Positions 12,668 through 24,705 are shown, counted from the first letter of the stretch. The stretch is DNA of 64,000 nt from Glaucostegus cemiculus (GCA_976551045.1 CDPCPM010000326.1:248001-312000), one strand, 5' to 3'. Translations and numbers: made by a program. The notes: generated by a model from the sequence alone, not told the origin.

Positions 12668-12682
12668 CGAACAACGTGATCC
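12668..12682 (-). CDS. Candidate 15-nt microexon, phase 2-2 (xDHVVR)
   Basis: gcttttgtgcttttccataatcgtAG|GGATCACGTTGTTCG|GTGAGTC. Near-consensus sites on both sides, frame-preserving and stop-free in the gene's frame. Confidence 0.4.
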
Positions 12683-13139
12683 CTACGATTATGGAAAAGC
12701 ACAAAAGCACTTGATAGAAACATTCATGTTTAAGTATGCTGACACATTGGGTGTGCAGGTGTGCAGTTGCATGTGAGACCATGTTTGTGCATGGCCATTT
12801 GTGGCTGCATGCATGCAGATGCACACATCTGTATTTGTGGAGTTACATAGCCATGGAAGTTGCAGCAATTTCAAGCCAACATGCAGAACTGAGTGTCAGT
12901 AGGGCAAGTTCATCTTGCAGGTAATTTTCATCTACGTGGGGGTGTTATCAGGTCAAAGGCTAACGAGAGGTTGACAAGATGGTTCATGGTGGATCCTGCA
13001 CTATGTCAGCCTGAAAGGATCATGTTGTCTGTGTCCTTCTGGTGTCTGTGTCAGCTCACAATAGTTCACAACATCTCTCCTTATGACACTGGGGCTGCCT
13101 GAAGTCTCCACCAATAGATTATTGCGTTTCAGGACCAAC

Positions 13140-14913
13140 ATTGCAAGCAATGTGAGGAACAGGAGAATGACAAGGGTGAGGGTAGGGCAGCTCAGGGATA
13201 AAGGGGGAAGTGTGCCTGGAAGAGAAGGAGGTAGAGGAGGTCCTTAGTGAATACTTGCATAGGTGTTCACCAGGGAGAGGGACTTTGATGAATGTGAGAG
13301 TGCAGAACAGGCTAATGTGCTGGAGCATACTGAGGTTAAGAGGCAGTGCTAGAGCTGCTGAGAACCATTAGGATAGATGTCCCTGGAGCCAGATGTAATA
13401 TACCCCAGGCTACTACAGGAAGTGAAGGAAGAGATTGCTGGGATGTTGGCGATGATACTCACATCCTCCCTGACCACAGGAGTGGTTCCAGAGGATCAGA
13501 GGATGGCAAATGTGTTCCATTATTCAAGAAAGGGAATAGAGATAATCCTGGGAATTATAGACCGGTGAGTCTTACGACAGTGGTGGGTAAACTATTGGAG
13601 AAGACTCCTAGGGATAAGATTTACAAGCATTTGGAGAAACATGGTCTTATTAGGGATAGTCAGCATGGCTTTGTGAGGGGCAGGTTATGCCTCACAAGCC
13701 TGAGTTTTTTGAGGAGGTGACAAACAAATTGACGTAGAGCTGTGGCTGTGGTGTATGTGGACTTTAGTAAGGTGTTTGACAAGGTTCCTCATGATAGGTT
13801 CAACCAGAAATTCACAAAGCATAGGTTTCATGGAAACTCGGCTGAGTTGATTTGGAATTGGCTTACACACAGAAGGCAGAGGATTGTAGTAGATGGAGAA
13901 TATCCTGCATTGAGGTCGGTGACTAGTGGTGTTCTGCAGGGATCTGTTCTGGGACCCCTATGTGATTTTTATAAATAACTTGGATGAGGAAGTGGGGGGT
14001 GGGTTTGCAGATGACATGAAGGTTGGAGGTGTTGTGGACAGTGTAGAAGGTTGTCATAGACAGGGATATAGACAGGATGCAAAGTTGGGCGGAGAAGTGG
14101 CAGATGGAGTTCAATCCTGAAAAGTGTGAAGAGATACACTTTGGAATAACAAACCTGAAGGCAGAATACAAGGCCAATGGCAGGATTCTTAGTGGTGTGG
14201 AGGAACAAAGAGATCTTGGGATCCAAGTCCATAGATCCCTCAAAGTTGCTGTGCAGGTTGTTAGGGTGGATAAGGAGGTGTATGGTGTGCTGGCCTTCAT
14301 TAGTTGGGGAATTGAGTTCAAGACCGTGAGGTAATGTTGCAGCTCTATAGAACTCTGGTTAGACCACACTTGGAGTATTGTGTTCAGTTCTGTTCACCCC
14401 ATTATAGGAAGGATGTGGAAGATTTAGAGAGGGTGCAGAGGAGATTTACCAGGATGCTGCCTGCATTAGAGAACATGTTTCCTGAGGAAAGGTTGAGCGA
14501 GCTAGGGATTTTCTCTTTGGAACAATGCAGGATGAGATTGACGATAAAAATGTATAAGATTATGGGAGGCATAGATAGAGTGGACAGCCAGCACCTTTCC
14601 CCAGGGCGGCAATGGCCAATACCAGAGGACATCCTGTTTATGTGAGTGGAGGAAAGTTTAGGGGAGATATCAGGGGCAGGTTTTTACACAGAGAGTGGTG
14701 GGTGCCTGGAATGTTCTGCCGGGGGTGGTGGTGGAGGCTGATACAATAGGAACATTTGTAAGACTCTTAAATAGGCACATGGATGTCAGAAAAATGGAGC
14801 TTTATGGGCTGTGTTGGAGGGAAGGGTTAGATTGATCAAGGAGTAGATGTTTATATAGGTCAGCATGACATTGTGGGCCAAAGGGCCTGTACTGTGCCAC
14901 ACTGTTCTATGTT
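13140..14913 (+). mobile_element. CR1 (HER1-like) LINE, 5'-truncated, disrupted ORF2 (reverse transcriptase)
   Basis: PLFKKGNRDNPGNYRPVSLT, QHGFVRGR, VDFSKVFDKVPH, GVLQGSVLGP, FADDMK, WQMEFNPEKCE, LVRPHLEYCVQF spread over several frames; tail gggcctgtactgtg...ttctatgtt. Confidence 0.95.
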
Positions 14914-15244
14914 AATCCTAGAGCTACAGCCTTGCCTTAGGTTTTATTATTATGGAATTATTTGTGCTGAGGGCAGGCGTGGCAGGGAGAGTGGGGAAGA
15001 GTTATTTGACCAGCTGAGGGTGATGGGCTAGGGAGAAATCATGGCTGGACAGCTCCAGGAATGTATTGAACCAGATGCTGAACTTACAAACAGCCTGCAG
15101 CCAGGATCTGCGGTCAAGGCTGGGGCACAAACCCAACAGCAAATTTCACCCAGCTCTGTTCTATCAGATTAACATGAAATTCAACCAAAATGCTGGACAT
15201 AAATTAACAGCCCATGCTGTGTTATTATGTAGTTATAATAAAGA

Positions 15245-15268
15245 ACTACAGTTCCCAGCAGGCAATGC
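15245..15268 (+). promoter_or_regulatory. ZNF143/Staf (ACTACA-extended SBS)-like motif in the Gypsy LTR
   Basis: ACTACAGTTCCCAGCAGGCAATGC versus the known ACTACAnnTCCCAnnATGC motif; ETS-like CAGGAAGT about 20 nt downstream. Confidence 0.5.
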
Positions 15269-15635
15269 AAGTGGTCACATGGGAGAACAGGAAGTAGCTG
15301 GAAAGAGCAGGAAAAGCCTGTCAGTTGTAATTCTGTGCAGCCTGTTGTTGTTTTGTTGTCTTTCAATAAAAGTTCAGATGTTAAACACACGCCAAATTTG
15401 TCTTCTGATGAAGAACAAACATAACATGGTGTCAGAAGTTGGTGTGAGGTCTGAACAAGGGAGGTAAACAAATACTGTGTGCAGTTGAGAAAGAGACTCA
15501 GTGAGTACGAAAGAAAAGCTGTAAAAAGAAGGAGAAAAAGCCGGCCGGCGTGGTGAGGGAGCACATTGCTCCTGAGGTTCAGCAGTCACCGGATTTGCTA
15601 AGCGAGATTCAGGTGAGAGCCCGAAAGTTCCCGTT

Positions 15636-15792
15636 ATGGATAAGCTAAGTCCTCCCAAGCCTATGCAGTTTACTGGCAACCTAGCCGATAATTGGAAATG
15701 CTTCAAACAGCGAATCAGCATATATTTAGATGCTAGTTGAGTGGGAAGGAACGATGAAAAATTGAAAGCGTCTATTTTTCTGCACATGATTG
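15636..15792 (+). pseudogene. gag: Gypsy gag N-terminal remnant
   Basis: MDKLSPPKPMQFTGNLADNWKCFKQRISIYLDAS*VGRNDEKLKASIFLHMI fits the Gypsy gag N-terminal pattern (GNLAENWxxFKQ...KxAxLLH). One internal stop, then truncated. Confidence 0.8.
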
Positions 15793-16324
15793 TCTCGTGA
15801 TGGAGAACAAACATAACACGTGCCTCATTTATAATGTGGGTGCAGTACAAATAGTTGAATTTAATTACTAAAATCCTCCAATATATATTCAGCACACAAA
15901 AGATAAATGACTAAAAATTCAGACAGTTCTCTGAAATGTACACAGAATAGACCCAATGTTATTAGTACCTATAGAGAAAATCGTGTTCCTTAAATCGTGT
16001 AGATTGGTTGTGCTTGCATTCAATAGCGTAATTATATCTCCTGTTTACTTCCTGCACCACATTCCCTGTGTCTGGGGGATACAACTGCAATTCAAGTGCA
16101 GCTGGATGATGAGAAGATGCTGGATTTAGTTATTTTGTGACCTTACAGACACCGTTATTATTAAGGTGGTTACAGTGAAGGTGTTTCTATCTGAGGGCCA
16201 GTGTCCATTAGTGAGAGCAGACAGCAGACAAGTCTAAAGGAATTCAGCAGAGAACTCCTTCCCAGGAGAGCAGTGAACATGTGGGACTTGAGGTGGAAAG
16301 AAAGGTGTTATAGAGAAACCAGAT

Positions 16325-16450
16325 TCAGGGTCTTGGCCCCAAAACGCTGACTATGGCTTTACCTCCACAGATGCTGCTTAACCTGCTGAGTTCCTCCAGC
16401 AGTTTGTCATTTGATCCAGATTCCAGCATCTGCAGTGTCCTGTGTCTCTA
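16325..16450 (-). mobile_element. Penelope-like terminal fragment
   Basis: agggtcttggccccaaaacg...ccacagatgctgcttaacctgctgagttcctccagca...ccagcatctgcag. Confidence 0.55.
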
Positions 16451-17369
16451 TTGATGAGGTTATCAGGTTGGTCGATATGATTTTAGAGAGAGGATGGTTA
16501 CAGAGAGAGAACACAAACAAAGGAACATTGAAAGCCCTGGCAGAATTAGTGGGAGAGAAACACTGAGTGAATATTACAGATGGAAAACCTGCAGCAAAAC
16601 CGGCTGGGTCTGATACAACAGAAGAAACAAGTTACCTGAAATGACTGAATTTGATATAGAGTCTGGAAGGCTATAATAAGCTGAGAATGGTACCGTTCTT
16701 CAAGCATACCTTGGAAGGAGATGGTGATGGGGAGATGGAGAGGGATGGGAGATCAGTTGCCACAAACTGATTAGTCTGTTGTAAAATATTTCTCCTAGTC
16801 AAGAACTATTTATTAGAAATATAAGGTCAATTTTTTAAAAATATTCTGAGTTCAAGGAACTATCTAAAGGCCAATGGAATATGGAAGTATAAGACAATTG
16901 CTTTAGGAGGAACGTTACATTGTGTATCATCCACAAAATGCACTGCAGTAACATGTAAAGGCTTCTTCCATTTCATGTCCCAAACCTGAGAGCTCTACTG
17001 GCAAGGAGGACAAAGACAGCGGGTGCATGTGAACGTCACCAAGTTATCCTTTAAGTCTTGCACCTTTCTAACTTCAAACGATATTTGAAACTATATAACA
17101 TAAGGAGCTATCAGGGCAGGTGTACAAACAATCTGCTGAAAGAAGTAGGCTTGAGGAACATCCTAAATGAACTTGGGGCCCTGGCAGATGAGAACAGCCA
17201 CAGAAGTGGAATGATGAAAGCTGGTGATGATCATTGTCAGAGTTGGAGGAGGTGCCAGTGATAAGGACGAGCAAGGTCAGGTGCACCATGAAGGTGATAG
17301 CCTGCACACATACAGTTCAGGTCACAGGGAGCTGGCAATTACATCAATTGGCTTCTACGTGACAACGTG

Positions 17370-17730
17370 AACGATTGTTCAGGTATGTCCAAATAACAGA
17401 TCATCCAACTTGGCTCGTTGCCAATCTACCTGCAATCATCTGTGAAGTGAGGAAAAGGCTCATCAGCAGTGCCATAAAGCAGCACGCTCCAACCAACCAC
17501 CTGCTCGCTGATTCCCAGCTTTGGTTTCATCAGGATCACTTCACTTCAGACCTCATCACAGCCTTGATCCAATCATGAGTCAAAGGGCGGTATTCCAGAG
17601 GTGAGTGCACCCAGTCAGCATGGGACTGAGTGTGGCATCAAGGAGCCCTGGTAAACCTGGAGTCAATGGGCATGAATGGGGAAACCCTCTAATAGCTGGA
17701 TTCTTATCTCAAACAAAGAAAGATAACAAA
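17370..17730 (+). mobile_element. Old CR1-group LINE RT fragment (family of 31620-33140)
   Basis: Shares cagacctcatcacagccttg and aagtcaatgggcat text with 32190-32330. Confidence 0.6.
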
Positions 17731-17823
17731 AGCTACTATAAGTGAGCCAGGTGCTGAGCTACTGGGATTTCTGAACAGTTGGATACTGGATTATCAGGAA
17801 TTTACTCCATAACCCAAACTCAC

Positions 17824-17910
17824 AGCATGTGTCGTTGTTGTCTTGTTGAATGGTGACGCTTTGTTTTGGGGGCTCTTTGCTGGGAGGTCATACACCAGTC
17901 AGGGCAGTTA
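17824..17910 (-). CDS. Candidate coding exon, 87 nt (NCPDWC-MTSQQRAPKTKRHHSTRQQRHM), with possible start ATG at 17891
   Basis: Acceptor ccttgtgttcactgagctctcAG, donor GCT|GTGAGT, phase 2-2 and in frame with the downstream candidate exons. Confidence 0.45.
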
Positions 17911-19500
17911 CTGAGAGCTCAGTGAACACAAGGACTAGGGTTTGGAATGTGGGCTTTCAGAGAATGCTTATGTCAAGGGGAAGGAGCCTGGATATTCCTG
18001 AATCATTTCTCAATGCCTGTAGCCAAGACAATTTCACCTTTTCTAAAATTTGCTGCTTATAATATACATTCAACCAAGCTTTTGGTGATCTATTCTCACA
18101 CCTCTGTACTTTTAGATCTCTTAAGATCAGATCTGTGATCCTTTGAGACCTCAGAGTTCCTCCAGTTTGTGGCCTCTTGATCATTCTTGACTTTTCAATG
18201 GACCGCAGGCAACTGTGACCACAGCTCACTGCCCCTAAGCTTAGAATTGCCTTCCTTGCTCTCTACACCTTGCTTTCTTTACTGAAGATAATAAGTTTAT
18301 GATTTATAACTTAAAAGTTGCAGTTTACTTGAGTTTACAATTCCATAGTACATTTATTTCAAGCAAAACTATATTTATTGGTAAGTCTGTGTCATTGGAT
18401 GAGTTGGAGATATTACTCACTGCAAACACAGTCGGCTTGCACAGCAAACCAGACCGTGTGAAGAATGTGGAAATAGAAACAACTTTGCTCAGAATTTGGA
18501 ATGCAATTTTTCTCTAGAAGACTGAGTAAGTGAAGGATTGTTACATACAAATTAGGTTTATAAAATCAGTCTCAGTAAAAACAGTAGTATGGTCACTAAA
18601 CTTGATTGGCAGAATAATTACCCAATCATTTCCAAGCTGGTGATTGTGGGAATGTCACTAAAGGAGATGCGGGCTTTTTCTAAGATGGTGATATGCAAAT
18701 CATTTCCATCAGAAACACAAGGTAAAAAAAAGTACTTGAAATCAGTGCCGTTCTGGCTGCAGTGTGTGCCTGGGTCACTGATTGCCCTTTCAGTTTACAC
18801 AACTGTAGGTGCAGCTTTACGAATTGAGTGAATGATGTGGTATGATCTTTGTGCCAGACACTAAGGTTGGTTGAGAGCCATTGGCTTCAATGAAGTGTGC
18901 TCTGTAGATGACTTTACCTCAGCCATGTACTTTTTCCAGTACAACAGTGCCTACTAACATTGCATTCTCTTCAGATACAACAGTGCCTATTGGATGCAAC
19001 AGTTCCCAAAGCAGAAAATCTCAACCTGCATCAGTTAACTAGTGTCCACAATGTGGTACACGTTTGCCTGGATTTTCTGATAGTCCACAGGATCGTAGAT
19101 TCTCCAGGGAGTACAAATATCAGCACCTCCTGAGATCTGCAGGATCCTGTAAAATCGAGAAATTCCACAAGCCTTTACACTGGCTATATGGGCAGATAGG
19201 GTGAATTCCTACTATGACACTGCAAACTGCAGTGAGTAATGAGGCACTAAAGTGAGATGCAATTTAAAAAAGATAAACAATGTGAGCACAAGATGGGGTT
19301 CATTAAGTTTCTGTTTAAGTGGGTGTTCCGTGTCAAGCACAGCAGAGCCATAAACCCAGATGAAAATGGATCATTTACTGAGTGCACAAGTGTAGCTTCT
19401 TGTAACTTGTTAGGGCTGATTGAGGTTTGACATCCAAAATAAATATCCATAAAAAGTCAACACATGAAAGTAATATTCTGCAGGAAACAGCATTCCTTAC

Positions 19501-19585
19501 CATGTTCACTCAGAATTAAACCGTTAACTCCACAGCAAGTCTTTACTTTTCGTTGGCGTCCCTCAAACTATGTCAATCATTCCAG
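19501..19585 (-). other. Possible upstream (5' UTR or first) exon of the minus-strand gene
   Basis: Donor ATG|GTAAGG at 19500 and acceptor-like cattccctacactgtgcgcAG in non-repeat sequence. No productive in-frame join to the next exon was found. Confidence 0.2.
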
Positions 19586-21131
19586 CTGCGCACAGTGTAG
19601 GGAATGACAACGGGTTAAGGTCCAGCTGCCAAACCATTAAATGGTCGGTGGTTTCCTCTCAGAATTAGTTTCTCTCCAACATACTATGCATCTTTTTGTC
19701 ACTGGAACTGCTGTATGTTGGGAGGTAGAGCACATTCAGAACTACAACTTGTGTTGAGGTAGCAGAGAAAAACTTCACAGATAGAAAATGTCAAACATGA
19801 TGTGAAGCAAAAGAACAAAACCTAGGAATGGGTGGAGACCATTTAACCCCTTGTGCCACTGAATGAGATCATGGCTGATCTGTGACATAAACCCTTTCTC
19901 CCCATATTCCTTCAAACATTTAAGCGATTTCTTTTTAACCAACCTCAAATTTAAAGTAATGATTGACCAGGAATAAGTGTTTTTTACTGAGTTCCAAACT
20001 TCCACTGCCATCTGTGTTTCCCTTTGTGCCTATATCACCCAAGCCAACCTCTTGTAACCAGTTGTTACTCTCCTTAACATCCTGAAACCTTCCATCAAGT
20101 TGCCTCTTCACCTCCCAGCAGATCCACTCTTAGTTTCTGCAAAACAACCTTGTTATATTCCTTTCAGTAATTATCACTCTATATCGCACTCCGTCTAGGA
20201 CTATACATCCTTCCTTCAGTTGCATGGTGTATACAGAGTTTCTGGAATAGACTGGTGGAGAGTTAACCTAACATCAGTAAGTTCAAGAGGGAATAGACCA
20301 TGCATTAAACAAGCCTTTCATGTGTGAGTTAATAACGTTTCTGTCTAAACTACAGAGCTGCCAAGGAGGACTGATGCATTCTTTTCTGCATTTGTATGTA
20401 TTCACATCTTTCCATCAAACATAAGAAATAGGAGCAGAAGGCCAAATGGTTCCTAGAGCCCACTTCACTAGTCAATAAGATCACGACTCATGAACATTAG
20501 CAGTAACTCTATTTTCCTACTCAATTCCCAGAACCCTCGATTCTTCTGTAGTTCAAAAATTAATGCATCACAACCTTGAATGTACTTCATGAACTCACAT
20601 CCAAACTTCTTGGGGCAAAGAATTCCAAAGATTCACAATCTGCTGAGAGAAAAATAACCGTCCTCATCTCTACCTTAAGCCCCATCATGCTGAGACCATG
20701 TCCCTGGGCCTGGATTCCCATTCCAGGGAAAACAACATGTCCCATGTCCTCCACTCAGTGTCTTATGTATCAGTGAAATCACCTTCCATTCTTCTGCTGC
20801 TCAGGCAGTAGAGGCTGGTGCTGAGCTCAATATTTCTTCACAAGACAAATCCCTCTTCCCAGGTATTAATCCAGTGAATTTTTGCTGCATCATCTCAAAA
20901 ACAAGTATGTCCTTGCTTACGAAGGAGACCAAATCTGTGAATGTTCTTTACTCCATCCCATATTGACTTTCTGCTGTGGCCAGGGTGCTTTTCCAGACAG
21001 CAAGAGGTTGCAAAGCACATCTGTCAATTAAAATGACTAATTCCCTGCTTAAGTACTAAAACATGGTGGAGAAATATTTCTGACTTGAATTCATGACCTT
21101 ATCTTAGCATGCCTTGGATTTGAGATACTGT

Positions 21132-21798
21132 AGAACATAGAAATATTGAAAAATACAGCCGTGGGTCCACCATATCTGTGCCAACAATGATGCCAATTTA
21201 AACTAATCCCATCTGCCTGCACATGGTCCACATCCCTCTATTCCTGCCTGTTAAATTGCCTGTTTCAATGCCTCTTAAACACCACTATTGTATCTACCTT
21301 CAACACCTCCCCTGGCAGAACATTGCTGGCACCTACCACACAGTGTAAGAAAAATGCCTCTCAAATCTCCTTTAAAGTTCCCCCCTCTCACCTTAAAGCT
21401 ATGCCCTCTAATAGTCACTTTGACATTTCCACCCTGATAAAAAGACTCTGACCCTATCTGGCCTCTCATAATTTTATAAATGTCTGTCAGGTCTCCCCTC
21501 AGCTCCAACATTCCAGAGAAAATAATCCAAGTTTGTTCAAACTCTCCTTAGAGCTAATGCACTCCAATCCAATCAATATCCTGCACCCTCTCCAAAGCCT
21601 CGACGTCCTTCCTACATTGTGGCAACCGGAACTGCAGATAGTCCTCCAAATGTGGCCTCACCAAGGTTTTATACAGCTGCAACATGGCATCCAACTTTTG
21701 TACTCACTGCCCCGACCAATGAAGGCAAGCATGCCTTGTGCCTTCTTTACTAATCTATCCACTTGTACTGCCACTTCCATGGAGCAATGGATGTGCAC
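21132..21798 (-). mobile_element. CR1 LINE 3' fragment
   Basis: ORF 21275..21511(-) has LRGDLTDIYKIMRG and RGHSFKVRGGNFKGDLRG; tagaacatagaa tail. Confidence 0.85.
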
Positions 21799-21799
21799 C

Positions 21800-22160
21800 C
21801 TTTTCGTTTGCATGCCATCCAGACATCATTCCGTACATAAGTACCTTAAGGTAGTACAAAAGGGAGAAAAAACAGAATGCAGAATATCGTGTTACAGTTA
21901 CAGAGAAAGTGCAGTGCAGGTAGACAATAAAGTGAAAGGTCAGTGGTGAGGTAGATTGATAGATCAAGAGTTCACCTTTATCATACAAGATGTCTATTCA
22001 ATTGCTTTTAAACAGCAGATCGAAGCTGTCCTTGAGCATGATGTTATGTGTTGTCAGGCTTTTGTTACTTCCCGATAGGAGAGGGGAGAAGAGAGTGTGA
22101 TTGGGGTGGGAGGTGTCCTTGATTATGTTGGCTGCTTTCCCAAGGCAGTGGGAAGTGTAG
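21800..22160 (-). mobile_element. Rex1/Babar-type LINE 3' fragment
   Basis: gttacagttacagagaaagtgcagtgcagg is shared with 35610-36025 and with the reverse complement of the 10580-11335 tail. Confidence 0.75.
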
Positions 22161-22161
22161 A

Positions 22162-24705
22162 CATAGAACATAGAACATTATAGCACAGTACAGGCCCTTT
22201 GGCCCACAATATTGTGCCGACCTTTTAACTTACTCTAAGATCAATCTAACCATTCCCTCCCACATACCCCTCCATTTTTCTATCATCCGTGTACTTATCT
22301 AGGAGTCTCTTAAATATCTCTAATGTATCTGCTTCTACCAGCACCCCTGACAGAGTGTTCCATGCACCCACCACTCTCTGAGTAAAAAAAACTTACCTCT
22401 GGCATCACCCCCTGTACTTTCCTCCAATCACCTTAAAATTATGTCCCCTCGTGTTAGCCATTTCCGCCCCAGGAAAAGCTCTCTAGCTGTCCACTCGATC
22501 TGTGCCTCTTATCATCTTGTACACCTCTATCAGATCACCTGTCATCCTCCTTTACTCCAAAGAGAAAAGCCCTAGCTTGCTCAACCTATGCTCATAAGAC
22601 ATTGTCTTTAATCGAGGCTGCATCCTGATAAATCTCTTCTGCACCGTCTCTAAAGCTTCCACATTCTTCCTATAATGAGGTGACCAGAACTGAATGCAAT
22701 ACTCCTAGTGTGGTCTAACTAGAGTTTTATGGAGCTGCAATATTACCTCATGGCTCTTGAACTCAATACCCTGACTAATGAAAGCCAGCACACCACATGC
22801 CTTCTTAACTACCCTATCAACTTGCGTAACAACTATGAGGGATCTATGGACTTGGATCACAAGGTCCCTCCGTTCCTCCACACTGCTAAGAATCCTGCCA
22901 TTAACCTCATAATTTCCCTTCAAGTTTGTTCTTCCAAAGTGTATCACTTCATACTTTTCCGGATTGAACTCCATCTGCCACTTCCCACCCAACTCTGCAC
23001 CCTGTCTATATCCTGTTGTAACTTACGACAACCTTCTACACTTTCCACAACACCTCCAACCTTCATGTCATCTGCAAACATACTAACCCACCTTCTACTT
23101 CCTCATCCAAGTCATTTATAAAAATCACAAAGAGCAGATATCCCAGAACAAATCCCTGCAGAACACCACCGGTCACCGACTTCCAGGCAGAATACTCTGC
23201 ATCTACTATCACCCTCTGCCTTCTGTGGCAAGCTATTTCTGAATCCACGCAGTCAAGTCTCCATGGATCCCATGCCTCATGACTTTCTGAATGATCCTAC
23301 AATGGGGAACCTTGTCAAACACCTTAGTTAAGTCTATATACACCACATCCACCACTCTACCTTCATCAATTTGTTTGTCTCCTCCTTGAGAAACTCAATT
23401 AGGCTCATGAGACACAATCTGCCCCTCACAAAGCCATGCTGACTACCCCTAATAAGACCATGCTTCTCCAAATGCTCGTAAATCCTGTCCTTAAGAATCT
23501 TCTCCAATAGCTTGCCCCCTACTGATGTAAGGCTCACTGGTCTATAATTCCCAGAATTATTCCTATTACCTTGAACAAGGGAGCAACATTTGACATCTTC
23601 CTGTCCTCTATACCACTCCTGTGGCCAGAGAGGATGCAAGTATCATCATCAATGCCCTAGCAATCTCTTCCCTCACTTCCCATAGTAACCTGGGGTATAT
23701 CCCGTCTGGTCCCAGGGACTTATCTTTCCTAATGTTTTTCAGAAGCTCCAACACTACCTCTTTGTTATTCTCAACATGCTCCAGCACATTAGTCTGTTTA
23801 ACGCTGACCTCACATTCATCAAAGTCTCTCTGCCTGGTGAACACTGAAGCAAAGTGTTCATTAAAGACCTCCCTTACCTGCTCCGACTCCAAGCACATGT
23901 TTCTCCCTTTATCCCTGAGGGGTCCTACTCTCACTCTGGACAACCTCCTGTTTTTCACGTATGTGTAGAATGCCTTGGAGTTTTCCTTAATTCTACTCAC
24001 CAAGGCCTTCTCATGTGACCTTATAGCTCTCCTAAGTATCTTCCTTTGCTCCTTCCTGGCTACCTTACAACTCTCAGGAGCTTTTCGCTCTTGACTAAAT
24101 GTTTCAACTCTCCTGTCAACAATGGTTCCTTCACCCTATCATCCTCTCACTGGGACAAACCTATCCAGAACCCCATGCAAGTGTTCCCTAAAAAGCCTCC
24201 ACATTACTGCTGCGCATTTCCCAGAGGACATCTGTTCCCAATTTATGCTCCCAAGTTCCTGCCTAATACCTTCGTAAGTAGCCTTCCCCCGGTTAAAACC
24301 TTTCCCATATTGACTGCTATGGTAAAGGTCAGGGAGTTGTAGTCACTATTTCCGAAATGCTTGCCCTCTAAGAGCTCTGTCACCTGACCAGTTCATTAGC
24401 TAGTACTAGATCTGCTTTGGCTTGTCCTCTAATTGGCCTGTCCAAATCCCGTCAGGAATTGCCAATCAATATTAGGGAAGTTGAAGTCTCTCATGACAAC
24501 AACTCTGTTATTTTTGCACCTTTCCAAGGAAAGGTGTATATTTGCATATTTGCCTACTTATCTGCTCCTCAGTGCCCCGGTGTATATGGGGGTGGGGAGG
24601 GGAGTCTGCTTTAGAATACTCCCAATAGAGTGATCGCTCCCTTCCTGTTTCTGACTTCCACCCACACTGACTCAGTAGGTGATCCCTCCCTGACCTCCTG
24701 CCTTT
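22162..24705 (-). mobile_element. CR1 (HER1-like) LINE, longest copy, with RT and remnants of the endonuclease/linker region
   Basis: IKENSKAFYTYVKNRR, DKSLGPDGIYPRLL, NYRPVSLTSV, QHGFVRGR, WQMEFNPEK in broken frames; (catagaa)n tail at 22162. Confidence 0.95.

Larger units (their letters stand above)
15218..15818 (+). mobile_element. Internally deleted Gypsy LTR retrotransposon (5' LTR, PBS, gag start, 3' LTR tip)
   Basis: LTR TG..ATAACA at 15218-15426 with AATAAA; PBS TGGTGTCAGAAGT at 15427-15439; last ~28 nt of the LTR repeated at 15790-15818; flanks CATGC/CGTGC look like a 5-bp TSD with one CpG-type change. Confidence 0.85.

Noticed and set aside
15374-15895. 173-aa minus-strand ORF
   Set aside because: Antisense to the Gypsy leader and gag; no recognisable motif.
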